From positions 744,001 through 808,000 of the forward strand of contig JBLDXI010000032.1 of the NCBI GenBank assembly GCA_047495785.1: 64,000 nt of DNA. The letters are read 5' to 3'. This document shows positions 47,639 to 62,032 of the stretch, piece after piece; positions within the stretch are counted from its first letter, which is position 1; the number at the start of each line of letters is the position of its first letter. Position numbers and translations under genes: made by a program. The notes beneath the pieces were generated by a model, which saw only the letters and a list, made by a program, of their open reading frames with translations, did no database searches and was not told where the DNA came from. The stretch comes from Lepidodermella squamata. Its lineage: Eukaryota > Animalia > Gastrotricha.

Positions 47639-50600
47639 AGCCGCGCGAATCGATCGATCGAGTTGTTTTCCTACTACGCGTTTTATGCAATTGTTGTTAG
47701 AGATATTTGACGATGATTTTTGCCAGCCAGTGTACAGCGCGTGCGGTTACGCAATCAAAAAATAATAACACTCGCATTTTTTGTCTCTCGCTCTCGCTCT
47801 CTCGAACAAGCAAGGTCTTTGCCATGTACGACGAAAAAATCTAGATTTGTACTACTACTACTACTACTATACTACTATAATCATTGCGCCACCTTTGACT
47901 GTGTTGTTGCTTGAGATGATAATTTTTGCATCACTACTACTACTACTTGTATAACCGCTATGATGATGATGATAATGAAAATCTACTCTCTCGGTACTTA
48001 TATATATAAATTTGTTAAAAATGCGCCATCATCTTTGATCCTCCATTTTTCTCTTGTTCTGCTTTCTGTACGCGCTCCGATTGTACATAGCATATTATTC
48101 TTGTTAAATAATAATAATATCGGTATATATATAAATGAAGTCGTAAAACTATCATCATCAACATCATACTGCTCTCGCTCCATCTCCATTCTCGTTTTTC
48201 TCTCGCTCTCGTTTATTATTATTATTATTATTATTATGAATAAAATGTGTTATTAATTGATGATAATTTTTTGGCCCTTGCTACTACTATCTATTCATGA
48301 GAAATCATCGATTTTTTTGTGTCGCGAAAATTCGTTAATCATTCATTCATTCATCATTGATAGATGAAAATCATCATCTCTGTGTAGTAATGTATTATTC
48401 GTTATATTATTATTATGTGTATTCGAACGCGTCTACTGGTGCCGAGTCCAAAATGCCTTTCGACTGCCTTACAGCCGTAATACAAAATGTAAATATCATT
48501 TGATAACGATGATAATATAATGTTATTATTATTATATAGTACCAGCCATTTTTGGGTTAGTGTTTCATTTTCTTCTCGATGATGACAGTCACACACTCAT
48601 TTCATCTTACATGCCTCCGACTTGTTGTTTTCTTCTTTTTATTTGTTGCTGATGTAAAGATACGATATATAACGGAAACAAATCGACGATATATTCTAGT
48701 ACTTTATTTGTGTCCACGTGTTCGGCTGACAGACGTGATGACGGCGGTGATTTGTTGTGCGAGTGATCGATCCAATTTTTCGATGTGTAAATAATCGCGC
48801 GCGCAGAAAATTCTAATCTTTATATACACTAAAAACTTGAACACTATCAACAACAATAATTATGTCTAAACATCAAGCTTCGATACTAGTTTCGGTGGAT
48901 ATATATATAAATATATATGATATGAATATATATATACAAATTACAGCTATTTCTTCAACAAATCATGTATAATCTAAATTTCGGTAATTTGAAACAACAA
49001 TAATTATGTCAATAATTTTTCTTTCTGTGCTCTTCTTACTCCGTCTTTGTGGTCAGATAATTAATTGATTTAATGAACTGAGAGTTGGTTTTGTGCACAC
49101 CGCAACCTTTCATTTTTCTATTCTTCAAATACAAAAATTCTCTCATCGTAATACGTGCGTAAACGCGTCAAACTCGAGCATTTGTTTCTACTACTACTAC
49201 TACTACTATCTAACTCCCGTTTAACAACTGAAAAAATAACGGTCATTATACATATATATCTATATATCAAATAATCGATTTTTTTGCGTCTTTTCTTCAA
49301 CTTCTCTCATCATCTGTGTCTTCTCGATTTATGCAGTCAGTAAAATTAATAACGAGATGTGAATCGATGATTTTTTTGAATTTTTTCGAATTATAACGAT
49401 AATAATAATAATAATAATTAATAAATCAAGTGCAACTCAAATTGCATTCGTTTTTGGCATTTGAGATCATCCGACTTTTCATCAGTGCCGCTCTTTGTAC
49501 ATTATTTTCTTTATTACAATTACAACAACACACATGTGAAAAATTCGATGATCATTACAAATTACCTGTACATAGAATTTTTGCCAGAATTATGCTATAT
49601 AGTTTCCGACGATTCAAACAAATGCTGTTATTATTACATACTTCTGTTATTTAACGCTTTAGGGATTTTATCCTGTGTGCGTTTGTAAAGAGAAATGTTG
49701 TGTACTGGCGTTTTTACAGCGCGGAAACACAACGAAAAAAGTTCATTTTTTTTATAAAAATCATAATCTTGTCACTTCATGTAAATTACCGACAACAAAA
49801 AATGATGATTCATGTACAGATTTAAAACAACCGCGATTTTCTTGCGTTCTATACACATACACATTATATACACCACAAAATGATGATAGCTCATTATTAC
49901 GATTGATAAAAAATGAAAGATACGCTATTTTATTCTCGATACTTTTTGTCGTGACTTGAATGATACCTGCAGCTAAAAAAAATCACAAAAAAATTGATGA
50001 AGAAGGTGATTGTTTTTTGTAAATATATATCCCGAGCCTTTGATGATCGTTTATCTTTGAATTAAAAAATTCTGGCCTGCAGGTTTCGTGCACAACTATT
50101 CTTATACTGATGATATATTTGAAAATCTATGATTTACGTGTTATTATCAATATTATTATTCGTCTCTAGTTTTCTCTCGCTTTTGCCATTCTATAGACCC
50201 TTCAAAATGATGGAATTACAGATTATTTGTATTGTTTTTTGCGATGATTTGTTGATGATGCTAACATCTACCTTCTCATATATCTCTTTCTTGAGTTCTG
50301 ATGAATATATTTGTTTGTTTCTTCGTTTTTCTATATATAACGTTGATGAAAAGAATATCTATTTCTTCATATATAATTACGTAAAAAAAATTACATGGTG
50401 ATGATCAACTTTCGACCCAAGATGATAATAATTAGCGCGCGACCTCATGTTATATTAAAAACAAACAAATTTCGTGAGTCTACCAGCTTTTTTTCGCCTG
50501 GTACGCTGCGTACACTTTCTGGGTCTTTCACGTGAATTTCTTCACCTGCTAGTATATAAATACAACAACATCATCATCATCCATTTTTGTGTCTGAGAAT

Positions 50601-53600
50601 ATCATCTTCAATGTGTCTTATTACTACTACTTCTTCGTTTTTTCGCTCTCTTTGTTTCAATAACAACAACAAACGCGCACCACATTAATCACTGCACGCA
50701 CGCATACACGTTTGATGAAAAAAAAAATACCGCGTAATTTCAAACTGTACATAAATTACCTAGATGTAATAAAACTTCAGTCGATTTAAAAATTTTTCAA
50801 ACCGCCGCTTTTCATCATTCATCCAATTTTTTTTTCATTCAAACTAGTTCACAGAACAAACCATCACAGGTTGTCATGGTGAAGAGAAGAATATTTTTCC
50901 TATATATGAAAAAAAAATCATCTAATCCTATGCCATAAATCGCAATCATTGGTAACGAAAAAAAAGCAAAAAAGTGAGCTGCTGCTGTCATTTTTTTCAA
51001 GAAAATTGGCGTGCGCAATACCAAGTCCTCAATAGATATAATTCAACCCGTATAATAATTAACACGTATTTTCACGGGGTGCCTTTTTTACGTAAAAAAA
51101 ACTTGGCGAAAAAATACTGTCCAAAGCTGATTTAGTGTGATCACTCTTGTCTCGAATAGCTCGCTATCTATCTCCATCTCTCTCAAAAAAACCATCCGTT
51201 TTCAACTTAGCGCGGTGTCTATATATATAAATACTTGATCGTAGTTTCTACATTTTGGAAAAAAAATCGTAAAAAAATATTTGTGAAAAAATATGACCGC
51301 TGATTTTTCGCCACTGTGCAGTATATTATTATTATAATAATATCGATTGATAATTCTGTGCGACCACACAAGTGAAATTATCGCCGGGCCTTACTTCAGT
51401 TTTCATTTTAAGGTGGATAGTTGCTATTCAGGCGAAAATACCAGTGTGCGCCTTGAAACAGGTGATTTTTCTCTCGTATCTATCTATCTTTTCGAAGCGG
51501 CTTAAAATGAAATAACATATAGTAAAGCTCAACAGGTGGTGATACACACAGCTTGTCGCCGGTCGATAATTTCTGTAAAGGCATATTCTAGCTTAACATC
51601 TTTCCGTTTTTATTTCATTAATTAAAAAATCATATCATTTCTTTGCCATATTTCCATTCGATTGCCGAATTTTTCCCGTCTTCATGTCAAATGCTGCCGT
51701 GGTTGTTGCGCTCGTTTTCATGGCAACAGCTATGATTCTGATAATATACATATATAACGAAATAAAATTCATCGTTGTCATTTTATCTCACTGATAGAAA
51801 TCCGGTCTTCTAACGTCAAGCATTACTATATGCTTCACTTGCAATTTTTCGCCTATTAAAATCGGTCTCTCATTTGAAAGAAAAAATAACTAACTAACAG
51901 ACGAACGATCCAATTAATATAGGGTTACTACAGTTCGGTGTTTCTACTCTCGCGATATATATCTCCTCATTTTGTTCGCTCGTCTCAGCAACACTGTGTA
52001 TCGCTTATATGCATTTCAAGCATTAAAGCTGCTCAACAAGAGCCCAGTTTCAATTTTTCCTTATCATTACCTATAAAAAAAAATTTGACTGCAGTTGAAA
52101 AATTTCTAACTCGCTCTTCCGCCTTCCGTCATCGGCCGATATTTTCATTAATATGAAAAAATATTTTTTCAATATATATATATATATATATTCTTCAGTT
52201 TTCGTCGCCAGCCTAGTTTAAAACAAAAAACACGGTCTCCCTTGAATACTTCAGCATTATTTTGAATAATCATTTATGCTAAAAAAAAACAATCGCCTCA
52301 AATCCGACAACACTTAACTCTATATATTACTATAGAATCGGTGTGTTTTACTTCGAAAAAAAAATCTACGAGCAACAAAACTTACATTCTCTGATTTCAT
52401 TTTAATATTTTGCAAAGTTTTCGGTCGTAACTAACAACAACAGTGTCTTCTCTACTTCGCTTTTTTGCAATAAGGCGTGCATTATAACCGCATATTATCA
52501 TATCGAACTGCTGTACAACCAAAAAAAACTAGCTAAGCCTTCGTTTACGGCAAAAAAAAACGTAACGAAAAAAATACCTGTTTGTTCTCAAAAAAAAATC
52601 GCACATTTATATCATGCTGGTTCCTATAAAAAAAACTATCCGTTGTCATAGGTGATAAATTTGTAAAAAGCAAATCGAATAATATCTATAATTTTATTTT
52701 GGCTGGCTGATCGGTGCGTTTTTACACCTTCGATCCATTTTTTTTGTGGCGGCGCTGAACCTTAACTCCATATCTTAATTCTCGTCCTCTCATTATTATT
52801 TATAAATAATAAATACCCGTGCGAAACGTGTCTGTGTGCGTGTACCTGTGCGTTGTTATTATAGGAAACAGGACGACAAAAAAGCGGAATGAAGCAAACA
52901 ATTTTGCCATTTTTTGTAATGTAAAAAGAAATATTATGCAAAATATTTACTCGCATTGAAAAAAAATCTTCTCAAGACGAAGGTGACATATATTAATTAA
53001 TAGCTTGGACAGCTACCTTATAATTAAGTTTTGGCTACACGCGTGTTGCGCTTTCATTATCGTGTCATTTTTTTCTATCTATATAATCATCATTCATCCC
53101 TGATCAGATTCGACGGCTAGTACTACTATTTTTGATTACGCTTAATTATTAGGAAGAAATGAAAATTAAATCGGCTGCCATTATTAGTAGAATACGAAAA
53201 AAAAATTGACAAAAAAAATTTATTGGTATTTTGCAAAACTGAAAATGCGCACACACCTCTTATATATCGTCAACAATTATGTCTTTTCAATCTCGAGTCA
53301 ATTTTCGCAGTGCGTTTGCGAACTGCCTGTTATAATCCAGATTTTAGATTGAAATCCGTAGTCCATTTTTATTTTTATTTTTCTCTGTTCTCTTCTTCGC
53401 ATTTTAATGAAAAATCGTCATCATGTGCTCCACTCCCGATAACACTTCAATATCCGGACTTGTAGGGTGTCTAACATTGGGACAACATCGGGCACTTTTA
53501 GTTTAACATTTATATACAATCATCCATACTCTGCTGAGCTGCTATTATAATAATGTTTAACTTATGCACAGAGTATGAGTCGTCGAAGAAATTGGTGCGT

Positions 53601-54445
53601 CGGTCCATAAAATTAAACCGGCCAATTCTGAAAAAAAACAATTATTTGATGCACCGTTGTGTTTGTTTGTTTTTTCGTCAATTGAAGAAGCAAAAGCTAG
53701 CGCGCAGGTTGATTATTATATACCCTACTATATAATTATAATATTACTGCTACTATAATTTTTTGTGATTTTTTTCGATGTTTTCTCTCATTACACGAAG
53801 AAAAATTTCTCATCGTTGTCGTTAATTAATTAATCAATTACTGAAATTATTCGAATTGATACAACATCTTCCGTGTGCACTTTGCAAGCGAAAACTAAAC
53901 TTACAATGCATGTGCGTGTCTTTTTTTCTTCTTCTCAAAAAAAGCAAGTATTTCACTACTATATAATATTATATAATCTATATAATGTACGGTTTATATG
54001 TTTCTCAGAAACTACCATTATTAGCTGCAATATTTATCCATTATAATCACGCTGATAATTTGTTGCCTTCTTATTCTTAGATCGAAATAATTGGTTGATA
54101 ATAATAATTTCAATAATAATTAATCGTTATTCTATCATCAGTGTTGTATCGCGTCGCTTTCTCTCTTTATCAATTGTGGTGTACAAAAATCATCATCATC
54201 ATCATGAACATCTTGCTATTCTATAAAATATGCTGTTTCGGCGATATTTGGGCCTACTCATCAACATTTCAGCGAGAGAGAAAGAGGTGAAAAAACAGAC
54301 ACATATTATACGAAGGCGTTACTATACGTTGTTGTAATGACTACCACATACAATGCGATTTGTGCCCATAATAATTGTCATCAATTGTGTACGATATTGT
54401 CATCTACATTATTATTTGTACAGTTGCAGTGTATCTAATAAAATC
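47639..54445 (+). other. putative very long 3' UTR of GW182
   Basis: Uniform AT-rich, microsatellite-rich non-coding stretch without recognisable transposons or exons; ends at AATAAA (~54437) just before repeat-derived DNA. Confidence 0.5.
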
Positions 54446-54499
54446 CCTTCCGTTTTAAAGCGAGTCGACTTTTTTACATTGCAATAATAGTTTGGAACA

Positions 54500-55100
54500 T
54501 TTTCTAGCGAGCTCCCTGAAATGCAGCGTTCCTGCGTGGTTTGCTGAAAAATATGGCAGGGCGAAAGTTGAAGGTTCGAAATTTCCTCGATATTTTTTAT
54601 ATCTGATACAGCATATTGAAAAAGACGCTCCATCGTTTTGAGAGTGATTGCTTCAGATAAAAACCGTACTGCCGCACAGTGGATGTCATTGGCATATCAA
54701 AAATCGAAGGTTGGGGTACCGTTGGATAGCTCAAGAAAAAGACAGCCTGAATGCGTAGGTACTTTGCACATCAATACAACCTCTTTTGGGACATGAAATT
54801 ACAGGTACAACTTTTGAACTATGTTTATTTTCGGTAGAAATTTCGTGGCTGCTCAACCGAATCCGCCCCTCATAAATAGAAATCGAATGCCATTTCCCGA
54901 GAGCCCGTCTTTCAGGCTACCGTCAAACGGGGCGTCTTTGCCAAGGTCACTTTGGGTCACTTTGGTCGCGGCTTTGAGCGGCCAAAGTCACCCCAAATTA
55001 CGGTTCCTAAGAGTTGAATAGTTTCTAGCGCAGTCCCTGAAATTTAGCGTTCCTGTGAGTTGCGGAAAAATTTGGCAGGGCAAAACTTGAGGGTGAAAGC
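54500..55100. repeat. diverged ~80-bp direct repeats flanking transposon-like DNA
   Basis: TTTCTAGCG..TCCCTGAAAT..AGCGTTCCTG...GAAAAAT.TGGCAGGGC.AAA.TTGA.GGT at ~54501 and ~55022. Confidence 0.55.
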
Positions 55101-56295
55101 CAAATATCACCATAATCCGACCAGGATGCGACGGGCCTACAATCTCTCTTACCAAACACCTTTGTCGGGCTTCGGCTCATGGTAAGGGACCAACGGTATA
55201 AGTGGCGCAGCGTGGTGTCCGGTCGAATGTGCGCATGTAACACCCCTCGTCGACCAATCTGCCAACAGCCTGTGATGAAGCGTTAAAAGCGCGCGTCAAA
55301 AAGCCTGATATTTCACTTTTCTGCCATTTGATTCGATTACTTATTTGCATACAAACGGGAATTATGGGAGATTTTAAGCCAATTTCTTGGCATTAAGCGA
55401 ATTGCGGGCGATGCATCAGCGCTGTTATATTTGCCGAAGTCATCACATGAAAAATTCACATTGAAATGTTAGAAATAAAAAATTCAGAGATGGAATTCAC
55501 AGGAATTTACAGACAATTAAAGTTCGTAAATTTGATCAAGTTTTGGCCGTGTTTTTGCCAGTTGCCACTTGCACTTTCGAATAGGCCAGCCCATGTCTGT
55601 TTGCTGGGCTGTTTTTCGATACTAACGCGAATAAAACTGGGCCAAGCCGCTTTTAGGATCAATGAAAGAGTCGAACGACAGCAAAAAGAGGTTGACAGTC
55701 ATCAGGATGACTTCAAATTAAAATTTTAAATTCAATCCCAGAATTTCCTCAAGCTGCTCTTATAATTAATGACTAATAATTTATATATAATTTTTAATGT
55801 TTTTATCAGAACAAATATTTATTGGACGTTGGAAGCTGTCTTTTTACTTAAAAATAAGGCGAATGGCTATGCATTTTTAGTGACGGAAAAACAACGACAT
55901 ATTTTACTCCCTCAAGCGGTCACTTTTCAATACGCAAGTCTGTACCCGGCACGTGAGTTTATTAAAAAAAACTCCAACGAGCCGCGTGCGTGACCTGGGC
56001 CTCCCGCGGCAAGTATAGTTTCAATTGTTCGAACAGGCGCATTTGAAAAGACCTCCGTTGTAACAATCAAAGATCAAAATAGAATCGTAATAGCGCGCGT
56101 TTTACACGCTCATCGAAAGTCCAGAGTTTAAGTTTTCTCATTCAAAACATTTTAAATTTTCCGATTATTCAAATTATTCAAATATTTCCGGAGGCAAATA
56201 TTTCCGGCGATTTCTCCAAAATTTGAAGTCATTATTGTTCTGGTGAGATGCTAATTTTATTCAAATCTATTTGCTGCATTATTTCATTTTCGCAG

Positions 56296-59200
56296 ATGAA
56301 AATGGCCAAGTCGGCACCTATTGCGTTCGCATTCGCATTCGCCTTCGCATCGCTAATGATTAATGTTACGTATGCTCAGGTAGGAGGAATCTGCTTCTGC
56401 TATTTTATTTTTTATTTTTCCCCATTTGCTTGTCTAGACATTTGGAAATCAAACCGACGAAACTAAGGCAGAAGTGAAGCGAATCCTTTGCGAACTCGAC
56501 TGTAAAATAGCACAGGATCATGGCCAGCCATGTGTAAGTTGATAACTGAGAAAATAGAGACGTAATCCAAGAAAAATTTACCAAAAATGAGCACAGTTTT
56601 CTTGGGTTGCGTCTAAATACTACTATCCTATTTCCATTTTAGGCCTGAAAAGTCGGCGAAAGTTTTACCGGCCAAGTTTTTAGCGCAAAATTCATAAATA
56701 TTTCAATGGGTTCTTCGGATGTGCCGAGCTATGATCACCATAGGTCTGTTTTTTTATTCTGAGATTTTCTGCTAAAAAAGTGAAATAAAAACTCCCATTT
56801 ATTTAACATTTTATTTTTAAAATTCAAATTATACGCATCCATATTTTCAATTTTATTTTCCAAAATTACAGACCATTTCTTTATCGTTGTTTTTTGTGTC
56901 ATTTTCCAACTCAAATTTGAATGAAAAGTGGCGTGCCTATTCTTGACTGAAGTTTCGAATAAAACGGGAGTCATTTTTTTTCGACTATCAGCCCTCCAGC
57001 GATCTTTATCGGTCTGTTTTTTTCCTCGTCAGACTAATAATTGTTTCATTGTTCTTCAATTTCGACGGGAAAAATAGGATGCAACCTCAATCTCGGCGCT
57101 CATCTGTTCTAAATCTAATCCGACTTCGCGTTTTTTTTCTGAAATTTCTCAAAATTTAGCTATGAATTAAATGGCTACGAAGCCAACTAGCGTGCCTAGT
57201 ATTTCAAAAGGTTCAATAGAGAAATGTCATCAAATTCTTATCTTCGCATCGAGAAAGCCGAGTATCAAGCTATTCAATACAAATATGAGTGATAATGTTC
57301 TGTAGAACAGGAAATGTCGAGAGATGGCCTAAATCAAGTTCAAGTGACTGATTTAAACATTAACAACATTGCCATCATTTTGATTTCACTCCAAGCCAAA
57401 AAAGGCTAAACCAAGAGCTTTTGCTGTTATAAGATTACCCATACTTTTTTCAGGTATCATGCGATACATATGTCGTGAAAGACCCGTCGCTGAATGTCGA
57501 TACTGCAATGGGCTACTATCAGGCATACGTGAACCGAGACGGCGATTCGCCGATGCTCGCTGCAGTGGATTCCAATGCTTGGCCGCTGCCGATAAAAATA
57601 CAATTCTACGACACTGCGGAGTGTAAGTTGACTGACTTTTTTAGCGACAGCCATCACTGATTTTACCCTTTCCTCAGCCGATGCCGAATTCCAGGCGGCG
57701 GTTATAGAGGGCTTGGAGCTGTACAAACGCGAGACGTGCATTGATTACAATGTGACCGACGACTGGGATATAACCAACAATATGTTTATAGCATCTGGGT
57801 ATGCGATAGTTGCCTGCCAGTTTCAACTCTGAACTTGATTTTTATATCAATTTCTAGCGGCGGTTCGTCCTTTCATGAAGCTGGTAGAGCTTGGACTGGA
57901 TACTTGACATACTTTCGTCTAGAGGTAAGATATTATTAGCGTAAACAACTTTTACTATTAGCGTTGAATTATTATTATTTTTTGTGAAAATTCAATATTC
58001 AAATATCGAGTTTTGATTGTTTGCCACTTATATCGATCTCTGAAACAGTACTTATCAATATAACACCAAATGATAATTTTCAGAGCCTTTTTATTTCCCA
58101 ATCGTTTGTACGTTAATCCGTTTATGATGTTGTTCAAGGGTCTCCACCTACGCCTGGGTATCGCTCTTGGAATCGTAAGTTCCGTATTTGAAGACGGAAA
58201 ACAAATTCAAACATCGGTTTTTGGATGTTTCACAGCCTTACGAACACACTCGACTCGACCGCGATCAATACCTGATTATCAGAAACGACTTTTGGTAACA
58301 CACATGACAATGAATAATCATCCTAAATTGATTGTTGATCATGCATCAGGTTCACAACAGGCTGGCCGGCTGATAATCACGGCGTGCCGTTCGACTACGC
58401 TTCAGCAACCATGGTGCATCCTTCCGAAGATGGTGGAGATGTCGAGCCTTATGACTGGCGCTTTATTGCGGCTATGAATGCAAAATACCCTTCCTTCAAC
58501 AACTACAAGACCATTAATTTGATGTACGACTGCGCAGGTTTGTTTATTACTTATTTCAAGAGACCTTGTTGTTAGGGACATTTTTGACTTGCCCATTTCG
58601 TTTTAGCTCATTGTACTGGCCCAGCACCAAACTGCAAGCACGGCGGCTACCGCGATCCGAAGGCCTGCAATCAGTGCAAGTGCCCGCCTGGTTTCGGCGG
58701 CCCGACCTGTGAAGCCTTGCCTCCTTTTCCAGGCGAGACCTGCGGCGGGGTGATCAACATTCCTGAGTGCACAACAGTCGAAATCAAGTCACCCAACTAC
58801 CCGAACAAGTACCCTGTTGGCAGTAGCTGTTCTTGGTGGGTCGTGTCCTCAAAGGTATAAGTCTATAGCTGTCCCATTGCTGCAGGTATATGACACAGCT
58901 GTTTCATTAGCCCGGGATGGTTTTTGCATTCAGCGAGAGGCCAGATCTTACAGTCGGCATCAGTGAGTTCTAGTTAAAATTAAGGCGGAGCTCAGTAATT
59001 ATATTGGAAAAAACGGCTTTTTGTTGCAGAAGCAAGCGGCCATTCAAGATACGCAGATTCATGCATTGATTACGTCGAATTTCGCAATCCAATCGATGGA
59101 ACGTTGCCCTACCCCCGCTTCTGCGCATATGGTGTCAATTCTGGCAAAATTTACGAAACCAATGGTACGAAAGCGATAGTATACTTCAAATCGACCTCGC

Positions 59201-59701
59201 CGACTCCTGGCAAAGGATTCCGTTTGCTTGCGCGCTCGAGCTGCCCCTCTGACAACATGCAAGAGTTGACGTTATCGCCGATCGGTTTCGACTACGAGGG
59301 TCGTAAGACTGTTGCAGCTAATGGCCTTACCTGCATCAATTGGCCAAGTCTGCATTGGATGAACAATTATTACGATCTTCTGAAGTTTCCGAGGGGTGAC
59401 GTCGCCCGAGCGGGGAACTACGTCCGAAATCTCGACTCGCTAGTGATTGGGCCTTACTGCATCACGGCAAATGGGGCGCAGTCTGCTGCATCCAACATTC
59501 CTTCTACCCCGATCAGTGAGTTCAAAGTTTAAAACAAAGTTTGTTAAATTTAGGAAAATCACGTGATCAACAGGCCCACCTATGAAACGCTGCGTGGCGA
59601 CAAGAACACAAGAATTTATGGGCTGCAGGGAAGCGTGCCCGACCGCCGAGTTCGAACTCAAGGCTCCTCATAGCTTTTACGGTGTCAACTGCATTAGAGG
59701 C
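56296..59701 (+). CDS. secreted inactive astacin-like-EGF-CUB-kringle protein, many exons; 3' end may extend to ~60104
   Basis: Signal peptide MKMAKSAPIAFAFAFAFASLMINVTYAQ; YKRETCIDY; EHTRLDRDQYL; VPFDYAS; PSFNNYKTINLMYDC; EGF CKHGGYRDPKACNQCKCPPGFGGPTC; CUB CGG...SPNYPNKYP...CSW; kringle YEG...GLTCINW...NYVRNLD...PYC. Confidence 0.85.
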
Positions 59702-61072
59702 GTAAGTTATAGCTCCGTTCCGCATCTCTGAGCCGCTAATGATGTACCTTCTGCCATGGCGCAGTCTGCTAAGAAGTGTTACACTAAGAAAACGAACAAA
59801 TACCGATGCATAAATGCTGGGTGGAAGTGCGATGGGGCTGGCGAAACTGAGGTCAGCTGATGCGCTAGTCATTCAACCCTGCTTTCATCTGGTTTTCTAC
59901 AGGTCAGCGGGATTTTTAGGTACTTCAGATTTTTCGCTCGCAACTGGCTCGACTGTAATCACGTATATGGCATGGTAATAGAATTGTTTGTCAATTATTC
60001 TGATTAATTTGCAATTATGGGTATTAGAAATACTACCAGTGCTATGACAAAAATACTCGAAAGTTTACCGACTGTCGCAGATCAACAATTGGGTGCCGTG
60101 GTAACGAGGTATATAACATGTTTTGATCCTTTCTGTTTGAGATGTCTTTACGAGTTGTTTTGCAGTTTGCCCTTGGGCCTTTCGATTCGCCATTCCAGTG
60201 CTACGCCAACTTCCAATAATCCATGGAACATTTTCAAAGTCGAAGAGTCGATTTCTTGCTCTCAAAACTTGATTCACTTATGACTGTTTTTTTGCTTTCT
60301 TTTTGCTTTCAATTTTTCCTTCTTAATGATCGAACAATAAAATGAGCGTTGTCATTATTATTTTGCTTGGGAATGTTTAGTAACCGTGTTATATATTTCC
60401 GCTATGTAACAACGTGATACTAATAGATGAATCAATAAATAGTTAAAAATCTTGAGCACACCTGTTTTGTTTCCGCCATAGACATATGATGAGAGACTGG
60501 ACACTCTTGCCATTGCAATACTGCCGAATTTATTCGAATTTTCAATTTAAAATTCCTTTTAAACAAATTTTCTAGGAAATTTACGAATATCCCTCACTAT
60601 ATCCTAGCCTTGCAACGACAGTTTTCATCGGCTAAAGACGAGCCGTGGTCTTAAAAGGCAGTAGCTCACGCTCTATTTAACCATATAAATTGTTAAGCTG
60701 TATCATACAAATTTCCTTAAAAGTCAAGGCTTTAACAACCTTTATAGCCCGTCAAATCCGGGTCGACCCGGCTGGAATTTGGCGACACGAGTTAAAACCA
60801 AAGGTGGTTAATTCCAAATCAACTTTGGTCAATTATTAACACTCTGAAAATAAAACGGATTTAACCAAATGGACAAGCAACTAATCGGCCTGCCAACCAA
60901 CCGGCTGGTGTCAGACGTTGGACTATGACCCGAAAACGCGAGTACAAAATTTAATTAGGGCATTTGGACGAGACATAGTCAGTATTCAGCATGCGCCTAA
61001 CATTTTTTGTTCCGACCACGAGTGAAGTATCAGCTGAATTTCATCGAAACATTATAGGGTGACTTCGGACTC

Positions 61073-61482
61073 ATGTGATCAAGGGCAAAGTCCGCCAATT
61101 TTTTCTGGTCTTGGTTTCGTGCGGTTGTTGTGGCGGGGCGGCTGTGTAAAAAGTGCTCGCCGAAAAAAAACAAGAGTGAAAAATTATGCACCGCCGGGAG
61201 TCGAATTTTAAGGATGCTGGAATAACAAGCCATGGTTTTGATCCGCTACGCTACCAGGAGAAGTCGGCCGGGAATTTATTTACATGAATATTTTTGTCAA
61301 TCGATCCATCGATAGAAACTTTTAATTTTTATGAATTGGTGGCGTAGTGGATCCAAAACCATGGCTTGTCATTCCAACATCCTTAGACTTCTGGCGGTGC
61401 ATTCACTCTTTTTGTAGCGAGCAATTTTTACCGCGCGACCAAAAGACCAGAAAAAAATACACGGACTTTGCCCTGATCACAA
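61073..61482. mobile_element. MITE/fold-back element with long imperfect inverted arms
   Basis: GTGATCAAGGGCAAAGTCCG...ACAAGCCATGGTTTTGATCCGCTACGCTACCA is mirrored by TGGTGGCGTAGTGGATCCAAAACCATGGCTTGT...CGGACTTTGCCCTGATCAC. Confidence 0.8.
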
Positions 61483-62032
61483 GAGTGCACTAGCCGTCCT
61501 GTTTTAATGAATTCTACGAAGCCTGTAAACAAGTACGATTGAAAAAATGCGTAACCGCCAAAATGAAAAAATCGAATGAAGAATAAATTATCCTAGTTAT
61601 CGTTTGGTTGTCAACACGAAATATAGATCCATTCCGCTGTGTATCAGATTTGTTGGTGGATGCTTCGTGTTAGCGTATTGTACAGGCTTATTAGATATTT
61701 TAAATGCGGCAGTTCGAATTTCGATAGAAAATTTCAACCCTCTGAGTCTCTCGCTTTCTGGCGGATGCTTCAGTCTATTTGTCCGCTGTGTTCGGAGACT
61801 TCGCATTTCCCTGTTTCGATTTGAAGTCTGAAACCTGAAACAAATTTCACTCTCGAAATTCGAACACATTTTCTTGAACTTTTTAAATGCGCTTGGAGAT
61901 CGCCGAAATTATTCATACCAATCCTGAATACAAAGATAAATCAGTTTCTCAGTTTTCGAGTCTTGAATTTATTGAAACAAAATCTTAACTAAATATATTC
62001 ACGCCATAGCCAAGTTAACAAGATTATCAAAA

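Noticed and set aside
47700-54400. Short hydrophobic ORFs; possible miRNA or snoRNA cluster
   Set aside because: Low-complexity AT-rich sequence; no convincing hairpins, box pairs or splice chains seen
55270-55310. TGATGA...CTGA box C/D-like pair
   Set aside because: Only about 37 nt long, too short for a snoRNA, with no clear guide
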